From: Vampirovibrionales bacterium
GTDB lineage: Bacteria; Cyanobacteriota; Vampirovibrionia; Vampirovibrionales; Vampirovibrionaceae
DNA length: 64,000 nucleotides
NCBI GenBank assembly: GCA_029262635.1
Contig: JAJCZA010000005.1
Location: forward strand, 535,135-599,134
Reading direction: 5' to 3'
Shown one piece after another: positions 56,423-64,000 of the stretch. The notes under the pieces were generated by a model, which saw only the letters and a list, made by a program, of their open reading frames with translations, did not search any database and had not been told where the DNA came from. Both the position numbers and the translations under genes were made by a program. The first letter of the stretch is position 1. Each line of letters opens with the position of its first letter.

Positions 56423-57340
56423 ATGACGAATGTAAGGATAAAAATGACCATGGGACTCTTCACACCTTTTAAACGTTTTTGGCGTTTCTGCTGTTTTTTT
56501 GATGACCAACGGGTCGCTTATCTTGAACTCAATGGAATGATTGCAGAGCAACGTGAATTGTCATCAGTGCCTGAGTTTTTAGACCACCTTGATAAAGTCG
56601 AGGAAGAGGGATTTTCAGCTATTTTGCTGCATATTAACAGCCCCGGCGGAACGGTCGGAGCGTCTCAGGCAGTCTATGAACGCCTGATGGAACTGCGCAA
56701 TGAAAAAGGCGTTAAAATCGTCGTTACTTTGGGTGATGTTTCGGCGAGCGGTGGAGTTTATGTGGCTATGGCTGCCCATAAAATTATCAGCCATGGGGGG
56801 ACCATTACCGGGTCGATTGGGGTCATTATTAAATCGGGCAATTTCCGGGAACTGTTGGACAAAATCGGTATTCAGTCCGAGGTAGTTAAATCGGGTGAAT
56901 TTAAAGATATCCTGAGTACGGATCGTGCTTTGACGGCGATGGAAAAAGGACTCTTGCAAAGTACAATTGATGATACGTATGAGCAATTTATCAGTGTGGT
57001 GGCCCAAGGGCGAAACCTTGACCCGGAGACTGTAAAAACCTTTGCGGACGGCCGCATTTTCACAGGCCGTCAAGCTCTTGAATATCAGTTGGTTGATGAG
57101 TTAGGTGGAAAAGCCAAAGGGGTTGAGGTGTTGAAAAAATTAATGGGTCTTCCTGAGAAAAGTGAACCCAAACTCGTGACCTTCCAGAAGAGAAAATCCA
57201 TCCTGAACCGTCTGATTGCAGGCGAATCCCTGCAAGGTCGTCATACCTCTGGTCAGCATATTAGCGTCTTCTTACGTCAGTGGCTTGATCATCAAAACAC
57301 ATTCAGTCATATTCCTCTGTGGTTGATGCCCAAGTCGTAG
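56423..57340 (+). CDS. sppA: signal peptide peptidase SppA (36K type, S49)
   Basis: S49/ClpP-fold motifs (INSPGGTV, SASGGVYVA, Ser-Lys dyad region). Confidence 0.85.
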   Translation: MTNVRIKMTMGLFTPFKRFWRFCCFFDDQRVAYLELNGMIAEQRELSSVPEFLDHLDKVEEEGFSAILLHINSPGGTVGASQAVYERLMELRNEKGVKIVVTLGDVSASGGVYVAMAAHKIISHGGTITGSIGVIIKSGNFRELLDKIGIQSEVVKSGEFKDILSTDRALTAMEKGLLQSTIDDTYEQFISVVAQGRNLDPETVKTFADGRIFTGRQALEYQLVDELGGKAKGVEVLKKLMGLPEKSEPKLVTFQKRKSILNRLIAGESLQGRHTSGQHISVFLRQWLDHQNTFSHIPLWLMPKS

Positions 57341-57543
57341 CTTATTCCGGAAGGGAGGAGAAATAGATACACGCAAACGCCTCTTCATCCATGGCACGTT
57401 CCCACTTCTCACAGTAATTTTTGTCTTTAAGGTGATAACATCCGCCGCACCGGTTCTTTCGACGGTCATATTTTCCTTGTCGCTCTTTAGAGCGACGATG
57501 GAGCCCTAGCATTCGTCTTTCCTCGTGTGGTTCCTGCATCGGT

Positions 57544-58674
57544 TTAATTCTCCGAGTCCTGTTTTGAGGATTGCCATACGGTCTTTCCTGAGCGGTTGAC
57601 ATACGCCCATGTGCTACTCGTCTTTTGATGGTGATTGCCCTGTAGCCCCGTCATTCCAGTATCTTCCATCGTGCTGTGTTTAACCAGCGCTAGCCCTCGG
57701 GAAAAATTCCAGGCCATTTTAAATACGGGCTCAATGACCCACTGTCCTTTTTTATCGAAGAATCCCCACCTTTTATTGAGCTTAAAGGCGGCTCGACCTT
57801 CTTTAAAAGCGCCAATTCGGTCATAAGTGGGTTGAATGACTATTTTGCCTTTTTGGTTAATCACACCCCATTTCCCATCGGTTTTGACACTGGCGAGTGT
57901 CTCGCTGAAGGAGCGAACTAACTCAAATTCAGGCTGAACAACCCACTCACCGTTTAAATTGATAAACCCCCATTGCCCGTTTTGCTTTACTCCCGCCAGC
58001 GATTCTGAAAACGGCATTGCCCATTCAAATGACGGGGCGATAACGGGGGTTCCGGTTTTGTCCATATAACCCCAATAGTTGTTTTCACCCTTAAAGGCCG
58101 AAAGTCCTTCCGAAAAAGCCTCTTGCTGGTCACTTTTTGGGCGAACCACTAATGCGCCTTGACGATCAATAAACACCCAGCGCCCACTGTTTTTCACCCG
58201 AGCCATTCCTTCGACAAAGGGAAAGGCCCGCTCAAAAAGAGGAGGAATTACCATGGTTCCTTTTTGATCGATATAGCCCCATCGATCGCCTTTATTGATC
58301 ATGATGGCGGCTAATCCGTCAGAAAAATCAGTGGCTTTGACAAACCAGGGGGTGATGGCGACTTTTCCTGACTCGTTCAGGTATCCCCAACGTCCACGTT
58401 GACGTACCCGAATTAAACCTTCGGAAAACTCACCTGCTAACTCATATTGTGGATCAATTTTTATCTTACCCTTTGCGTTAATGAACCCCCAGCCCTCTTG
58501 TTCCTGAATCGCAAATAAATCAGAGCCTGTCCATCCGGTTAGACTGAAAAACGTTAATATCACTAGGCAACAAAGCCCTGAGGCTTGTCGGGCTAGACTC
58601 TTCTTAAGCAGAGAGCGGGTTATATCCTCCATAGAACAGCATTGAGCCATGGCTAATCTCTGATTCCCTATCAA
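57544..58674 (-). CDS. WG-containing (KWG-type) repeat protein, probably secreted
   Basis: about 9 repeats of ..G(K/R)WG(F/Y)I(D/N)..G..VI.P.F; hydrophobic N-terminal segment; likely start at ATG 58632. Confidence 0.7.
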   Translation of the reverse strand: MIGNQRLAMAQCCSMEDITRSLLKKSLARQASGLCCLVILTFFSLTGWTGSDLFAIQEQEGWGFINAKGKIKIDPQYELAGEFSEGLIRVRQRGRWGYLNESGKVAITPWFVKATDFSDGLAAIMINKGDRWGYIDQKGTMVIPPLFERAFPFVEGMARVKNSGRWVFIDRQGALVVRPKSDQQEAFSEGLSAFKGENNYWGYMDKTGTPVIAPSFEWAMPFSESLAGVKQNGQWGFINLNGEWVVQPEFELVRSFSETLASVKTDGKWGVINQKGKIVIQPTYDRIGAFKEGRAAFKLNKRWGFFDKKGQWVIEPVFKMAWNFSRGLALVKHSTMEDTGMTGLQGNHHQKTSSTWAYVNRSGKTVWQSSKQDSEN

Positions 58675-58734
58675 CGTGATTTGCTTATTATAGGATAAAA
58701 GAAGGATGACTTAAAAGAAAGCCTGTGAGTTGGT

Positions 58735-59892
58735 TCAAACGACTTTTGCTTTCCCCAGACGTACCATTGTTTCGGTATAAAAATCCTCAAAACGACTATC
58801 TAAAACGGCCTGCCGAGCAGATTGAGTCGTCTCTATCAAGAATTGAATATTATGAATGCTCATTAACATGGACGCGGTCCATTCTTTCTGGCGGAATAAA
58901 TGACGAATGTATGCTCGACTATGGTTTTGGCAGGTAAAACACGAACAACCTTCTACCAGTGGGCCAAAATCTTCTTTGAATTCGGCGTTTTTAATAATCC
59001 GCCGTCCATCTGGAGAAAAAAATGAGCCATGGCGGGCGATCCGGGTGGGCATGACGCAATCAAACATATCCATCCCACGTCGGATGCAGTCCAGCAAGTC
59101 CTCCGGTGTACCTACGCCCATAAGATATCGGGGTTTATCCTTTGGTAAAAACGGTGCCGTCAGTTCCACAATCCGATTAATTTCCTCTCGGGGTTCGCCC
59201 ACACTGACACCCCCAATGGCAAACCCGTAGGCAGGAAAGTCTTGAACAAACTGGGCGCTTTTTTCCCGTAAATCTGGATAAGTAGAGCCCTGGACAATGG
59301 GGAAAAGAGCTTGGTCATGTGGTCTAGCGTGGTGCTGAAAGCATTCGTCCAGCCAACGGTGGGTTTTTTCCAGTGATTGGCTGGCATAGTCTCGTGTGGC
59401 TGGATAGGGCGGGCATTCATCAAACGCCATGATTACATCGGGTCCCAGACTGTTTTGAATGGTCATGGACTCTTTGGGACCAATAAAATGGTAATTTCCA
59501 GAGATCGGATCCTTGAACCGCACGCCATCTTCTCGAATATCCCGAAGTTGGGACAGGCTAAACACCTGGAATCCACCGGAATCCGTTAGGATTGGCCCAT
59601 TCCAATTCATCCATTGGTGTAGTCCACCGGCTTTTTCAATAAGCTCCGGGCCTGGCCGTAAGTACAAGTGATATGAATTGCACAAGACCATGGACGCGCC
59701 TGTGTCCTTTACCTGAGACCAGCTCATGGTTTTTACGGTTGAGTGGGTCCCTACGGGCATAAACATCGGGGTTTTTACCTCGCCGTGGGGTGTTTTAAAA
59801 GTTCCGGCCCGAGCCGTGCCCTTCTCTGTTTTTTCAGACGCTTCGAGTTGAAACGAAAACGGGGGAGATGAAGCCGAGGTCATAAAAGCCAT
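58735..59892 (-). CDS. tgt: queuine tRNA-ribosyltransferase
   Basis: FMPVGT, LTDSGGFQV, Zn site CSCFTCQNHSRAYIRH. Confidence 0.9.
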   Translation of the reverse strand: MAFMTSASSPPFSFQLEASEKTEKGTARAGTFKTPHGEVKTPMFMPVGTHSTVKTMSWSQVKDTGASMVLCNSYHLYLRPGPELIEKAGGLHQWMNWNGPILTDSGGFQVFSLSQLRDIREDGVRFKDPISGNYHFIGPKESMTIQNSLGPDVIMAFDECPPYPATRDYASQSLEKTHRWLDECFQHHARPHDQALFPIVQGSTYPDLREKSAQFVQDFPAYGFAIGGVSVGEPREEINRIVELTAPFLPKDKPRYLMGVGTPEDLLDCIRRGMDMFDCVMPTRIARHGSFFSPDGRRIIKNAEFKEDFGPLVEGCSCFTCQNHSRAYIRHLFRQKEWTASMLMSIHNIQFLIETTQSARQAVLDSRFEDFYTETMVRLGKAKVV

Positions 59893-60427
59893 TCCTATTC
59901 TTATGATTTTAAGATTATCTTAACGCAAACCAGACGATCCCTCTGGACCGAAGAGAAAAGGCTGCCGAAGAGGCTCGGTTTTAAGTGTATAAAAACAGTT
60001 AAATTAATAGTTGGTCATATCCTGTCATCAACTCACTGAAAAATGACTTTATATAGTTGAGAGCACACGAATCTAAAAACGATCGACCAACCTGAGAACA
60101 ACCGAAGTATCAGTAAGAAATTGAGCTGATGCATAACAGGCATAAAAAAGCATTCGGAAAATTATGGGGATATTGTATTGATGGCACATTGTGAACAGAA
60201 AAAAGAGATCGCCTACTCTGAGTACGAACCACACTCCGTCACCGCAAAACGCTACCGCACTTCCAACTATTTTTTAAACGATCAGCTTAAATGCTCGGAA
60301 GCGATTCATGACTTCCAGTCGGTTAAAACGCTGGTGAACGGACTGCCACAATTCAGTCTGCGTTCCAAATTTGAGTTTATCGAACAACCGGTTGTCGCTT
60401 CTAAAAAATAAACTGGAGCGCGCGCTT

Positions 60428-62896
60428 CTATCGGAAGGTTATTGAGCATTGGGATGACAGGGCCTCTTTTACTCGAGTCACCACGTCATCAATCACGGCA
60501 TCGGTCAAGGTGGTTTCGTTTGATTGCAAGGTCAGGCGATAGGCTAGGCTTCGTTCGTTTTTGGCTAACTGTTCACCCCGGTACTCATCAAACACATCAA
60601 TCGAGGTGAGTAGAGGTTCTTTCAAGGCGGTAACCATAGCCACAATCTCTTTGTGTGAAACGGTTTCCGCTGCGGAAAAAGCGATGTCCCTTTTAACAGA
60701 AGGGTAGCTGGATACAACAATCTCTCTTGTCGTTTGCGTTTGCTGCTTAACACCCTTGTAAATGGCTTCAAAATCCAGCTCAAAAACAAACACCGGTTGA
60801 CGGAATTTTAAGCGTGCCTCAAACATGGGGTGGATTTGTCCGAGGATGCCGACCGTTTTTTTGCCCAATAGCAGTCGGGCGGTTTTTCCCGGATGCATGT
60901 AGGGCGTTCCTGTTTCAGGTTCGAAGGAGCACACACTGTCCAGCTTTAAGGTGATGAGCAGTTGTTCTACGACGCCTTTCGCTTCGTAAAAATCCACCGG
61001 TTGAATCGCCGAAGGCACATGCCATTGGCCGGAATAACCAGAACCTGTTAACACACCGGACACATAGAGTTTTTCCACGACACCGGATGATTTTTCGTTG
61101 GCCTGGCCCAGTTTAAAAAACGTACGACCCACTTCGAACAGCCAGATATCTTCTACACCCTGACTCAGGTTGTATTTGGCAATTTCAATCAGGTTAGGTA
61201 ACAGGCTTTGCCGCATTAGTGTGTGTTCTTTGGAATGAGAGTTAATGACCTGAACTAATTGATCCCGGTTGACTTCAAAGCCGGTTTTTTTGAGTAAAGA
61301 TTCGCCAATCAGCGAGTTGGTCATGACTTCCTGAAGTCCAGAGCCGCTTAAGGCGGTTCGAGTTTGCCGCAATAAATCTTGCCGTAGAGAATAAGCCGCT
61401 GAACGAGTCTTTCGGGGCAGGGTATACGGCACGTTGTCGTAACCATAAATTCGAACGACTTCCTCAATGAGATCCACTTCCCGATAGACGTCGTGCTGAC
61501 GGTAAGAGGGCACAGAAAATTCGAGTGTGTCACTGGATTCGCTTAAAGGGGTAAAGCCCAATTTATCTAAAATATCGAGGGTGGTCTTTTTATCAATGGC
61601 CACACCTAATAATTTCTCAATACGAGACAAACGCAAAGGCACTCGGACTTCTTGAGTTTTAAGTGGAGGCGACTCCACGAAGCCGATAAATTCAGCGCCA
61701 GCTAATTCTTCGTATAGCTGAACCGCTCGAAACAGCGCTTTTTTACAGGCGCCTCGATCCACACCACGTTCAAACCGGGCTGAGGCTTCACTTCGTAAGC
61801 CTACACTTTTGGCACTGCGCCGATTACTTTGAGGGAAAAAATAAGCGGATTCTAAAAACAGGTTTTTTGAATCATCGCCAATTTCTGTTTCCTCGCCTCC
61901 CATCAAGCCGGCCAAAGCTACGGGCTGATCGTCTTTTGTAATGAGTACAGCTTCAGAAGAAAGGGTCCGTTCTTCGCCATCCAATGTGGTTATTGTTTCG
62001 CCGTCTTTGCTGCGACGCACCCCAATCAAACCGGCGCCTAATTTATCAGAATCGAAGGCATGCAAGGGCTGCCCTGTTTCTAACATGACATAATTCGTAA
62101 TATCTACCACATTATTAATGGAGCGCACCCCGGCGGCTTCCAGCCGACGAGCCATCCAGGCCGGTGAGGGGGCAATTTTTAGCCCTTTCATCACAGCACC
62201 GGCATAATATTCACAAATATCGGGGTCGTCCAACTTAATCGTAAAGCCCTCGCAAACAGGAGAGGCTGTTCTTTCTTTTATCTCCGGCAAGGTTACAGGT
62301 AGATTATGTAAGGCCGCTACTTCCCGTGCGACACCGATCATGGCCATGTGATCGCCCCGGTTTGCTGTCGGTGCGGAATCCAGCACTTGATCCGATGACA
62401 GGTTGAGTACCTTCGTCAAATCATCTCCCAGCGGACTCTCGTTTGCCAGCCCGTCCAAGACCCAAATACCTCCTTCTTCCGCCGGTGTGTAGCGCTCGGA
62501 TAGGCCCAGTTCGTCTAGTGAACAAATCATGCCGCAGGACTCCACGCCCCGAATCTTGGCCCGTTCCAGCGTAAAGGTTGTGTTGTCTTTTCGGCTGAGT
62601 ACGGTTGCCCCAATGGAGGCATAGGCGATTAAAATCCCTTCTCGAACATTACTTGCACCGCATACCACTTTGTTTTGTGCGGTGCCAATATCGACGGTTA
62701 CCAGATTCAGTCGATCCGCGTTAGGGTGTTTTTCAACGGTCAGCACCTTGCCGAGACAAACGCCAGAAAAGGCGGCGCCAACGGATTCAATGCCTTCCAC
62801 TTCCAACCCGGAGTTGGTCAAATCCTCGGATAAATCCGCCGGGTTAATCCCGTCTACATTGACATATTCGCTTAACCAGTCTAAAGAAATTTTCAT
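60428..62896 (-). CDS. pheT: phenylalanine--tRNA ligase beta subunit
   Basis: N-terminal tRNA-binding domain (GKVLTVEKHPNADRLNLVTVDIG), B3/4, B5, FDX-ACB C-terminus; 822 aa. Confidence 0.95.
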   Translation of the reverse strand: MKISLDWLSEYVNVDGINPADLSEDLTNSGLEVEGIESVGAAFSGVCLGKVLTVEKHPNADRLNLVTVDIGTAQNKVVCGASNVREGILIAYASIGATVLSRKDNTTFTLERAKIRGVESCGMICSLDELGLSERYTPAEEGGIWVLDGLANESPLGDDLTKVLNLSSDQVLDSAPTANRGDHMAMIGVAREVAALHNLPVTLPEIKERTASPVCEGFTIKLDDPDICEYYAGAVMKGLKIAPSPAWMARRLEAAGVRSINNVVDITNYVMLETGQPLHAFDSDKLGAGLIGVRRSKDGETITTLDGEERTLSSEAVLITKDDQPVALAGLMGGEETEIGDDSKNLFLESAYFFPQSNRRSAKSVGLRSEASARFERGVDRGACKKALFRAVQLYEELAGAEFIGFVESPPLKTQEVRVPLRLSRIEKLLGVAIDKKTTLDILDKLGFTPLSESSDTLEFSVPSYRQHDVYREVDLIEEVVRIYGYDNVPYTLPRKTRSAAYSLRQDLLRQTRTALSGSGLQEVMTNSLIGESLLKKTGFEVNRDQLVQVINSHSKEHTLMRQSLLPNLIEIAKYNLSQGVEDIWLFEVGRTFFKLGQANEKSSGVVEKLYVSGVLTGSGYSGQWHVPSAIQPVDFYEAKGVVEQLLITLKLDSVCSFEPETGTPYMHPGKTARLLLGKKTVGILGQIHPMFEARLKFRQPVFVFELDFEAIYKGVKQQTQTTREIVVSSYPSVKRDIAFSAAETVSHKEIVAMVTALKEPLLTSIDVFDEYRGEQLAKNERSLAYRLTLQSNETTLTDAVIDDVVTRVKEALSSQCSITFR

Positions 62897-62931
62897 GATG
62901 TGTCGTTTTACCTATCTACTTTTCTCTTTGT

Positions 62932-63336
62932 CTATTTTTTTTCGATATTAATATAACTGATGACTTTCGTTGTCCCTAAGTCCTCGAGACGAATGTCTTC
63001 AATTTGGTATCCAAGTAATTTGAGAAGTCGTCCTCCGCTTAAATAATTTAATTGGTTACGGGTCTCTGTTCGCTGTTTTCTATTTTTAAATTCATAGGTC
63101 AACAAAACACCTTCTTGATAGGGGCGTTTAAAGAGTAAATTTTTCAATAAACGGAAATTATCTTTGAGTATGGAAAATTTACTTGGGTTTTTATAATCAA
63201 CCATTAAATAATTCTCGTCGGGGACGGATTGAATTTGGTCTGCGGGCAAATGAAGGTATCTCTGGGCTCGCTGCCGCATAGTTTTTCGTTGTTCTTCATT
63301 GGCGAGCCCTCGAAAGCGTACCGTGTTTAGATTCAT
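62932..63336 (-). CDS. hypothetical AT-rich ORF inserted between pheS and pheT
   Basis: 134-aa ORF with ATG, about 39% GC versus about 50% in pheT/pheS; no motif recognised. Confidence 0.4.
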   Translation of the reverse strand: MNLNTVRFRGLANEEQRKTMRQRAQRYLHLPADQIQSVPDENYLMVDYKNPSKFSILKDNFRLLKNLLFKRPYQEGVLLTYEFKNRKQRTETRNQLNYLSGGRLLKLLGYQIEDIRLEDLGTTKVISYINIEKK

Positions 63337-63376
63337 CGTGTGGGTTCCTTCTGATTCAATCTTTGAGAAAGGTGGA

Positions 63377-64000
63377 TTAGCCTTTAAAGTCGTTTAAAAA
63401 ACGTAAATCGTTTTGGTAGAAGTCTCGGATGTTATGGATGTTGTATTTCAGCATGGCTAATCGCTCGATGCCCATGCCAAAAGCAAAGCCCGTGTATTTC
63501 TCGGCGTCGATACCGCAGTTTTCCAGCACGTTGGGGTCCACCATCCCACAACCCATAATTTCTAGCCACTCCTCTTTAACTTGACCATTCACCGTGCGTT
63601 TATACAGTACGTCCATTTCCATACTGGGTTCGGTAAATGGGAAATAACTGGTTCGAAACCGAGTGGGGCGCTCTTCGCCAAACAGCCGTTTGATAAATTC
63701 CTGGAGAATTCCCTTTAAATCGGATACCGTTACGTCTTCATCCACCAATAAGCCTTCCAGTTGGTGGAACAACACGTTTTTCTTACTGCTCACGTCTTCG
63801 TTTCGATACACGCGCCCTGGTGAAATGACTCGAACCGGTAGCGGGTTTTTTTCCATGTAGCGAATCTGAGAGTTAGAGGTCTGGCTTCGAAGCAGAACAT
63901 GGCTATCCACGTCGGTGTAAAACGTATCCTGCATGTCTCGTGCCGGATGATTTGGCGGAAAGTTCAGGGCGTCAAAATTATAGTAATCTGTTTCGACTTC
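63377..64000 (-). CDS. pheS: phenylalanine--tRNA ligase alpha subunit (3' part; gene continues beyond window end)
   Basis: class II motifs 2/3 ([26 protein letters not shown]); ORF stays open to position 64000. Confidence 0.9.
   Translation of the reverse strand, partial: EVETDYYNFDALNFPPNHPARDMQDTFYTDVDSHVLLRSQTSNSQIRYMEKNPLPVRVISPGRVYRNEDVSSKKNVLFHQLEGLLVDEDVTVSDLKGILQEFIKRLFGEERPTRFRTSYFPFTEPSMEMDVLYKRTVNGQVKEEWLEIMGCGMVDPNVLENCGIDAEKYTGFAFGMGIERLAMLKYNIHNIRDFYQNDLRFLNDFKG

Noticed and set aside
57342-57602. 86-aa very basic ORF (CGGCYH...C motif) between sppA and the WG-repeat gene
   Set aside because: Overlaps the 3' end of the WG-repeat gene by about 59 nt in another frame, with no SD; possibly a real small basic protein but unsupported, so kept out of the feature list.
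60178-60411. 77-aa plus-strand ORF in the 535-bp region upstream of tgt
   Set aside because: No SD, no motif, weak coding signal; the region more likely holds the tgt promoter/5'UTR.

Overview
Chromosomal window (about 49% GC) from a Gram-negative-type bacterium, based on LptC-like, YceI-like and lipoprotein-nuclease genes, SppA and a Sec-exported Cys peptide. ClpC, a GSI-alpha glutamine synthetase and futalosine-type radical SAM enzymes argue against a classical proteobacterium, but the taxon is not assignable from sequence alone. Most of the window is housekeeping or metabolic. The housekeeping and metabolic genes are a tRNA-Met(CAT); a TPR protein; a paa-like CoA-ester beta-oxidation cluster (thiolase, two 3-hydroxyacyl-CoA dehydrogenase-like genes, three crotonase-family genes, a lone PaaA-family diiron protein, an EthD-like protein); glcDEF; DJ-1/PfpI; a GT2 glycosyltransferase; msrA; a PaaI-like thioesterase; a pseudouridine synthase; clpC; a DUF512 Fe-S protein; ruvX; glnA; rhodanese; apbC plus a missed 59-aa ferredoxin; ispG; two radical SAM genes; ileS; rarA; maf; a secreted SNase; a second hbd/thiolase pair; sppA; a WG-repeat protein; tgt; pheT; and partial pheS. 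The most interesting locus is a compact minus-strand operon at 43.2-46.2 kb. It encodes a Sec-signal, six-Cys low-complexity KCG-repeat peptide, then DUF692 (MbnB-like) and DUF2063 (MbnC-like) genes, then a YceI-like periplasmic protein. This is a RiPP/metallophore-type system of the methanobactin/bufferin kind, with an atypical precursor and an atypical fourth gene. Other notable items are two large signal-less low-complexity proteins (an FG/Gly/Asn-rich one at 906..1850 and a Q-rich one with perfect 123-bp tandem repeats at 19.6-22 kb); several single-gene AT-rich insertions (HNH endonuclease, HEPN/Abi-like, M24-like, an ORF between pheS and pheT, and a composition shift in the 3' end of ileS); a degenerate HCDH paralog; and a pseudo-P-loop protein with a UvrD-type Tudor C-terminus. 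No CRISPR array, rRNA or obvious transposase was seen. The ORF track uses alternative start codons (TTG/GTG shown as M), so several starts were re-placed on ATG where an SD supports it.
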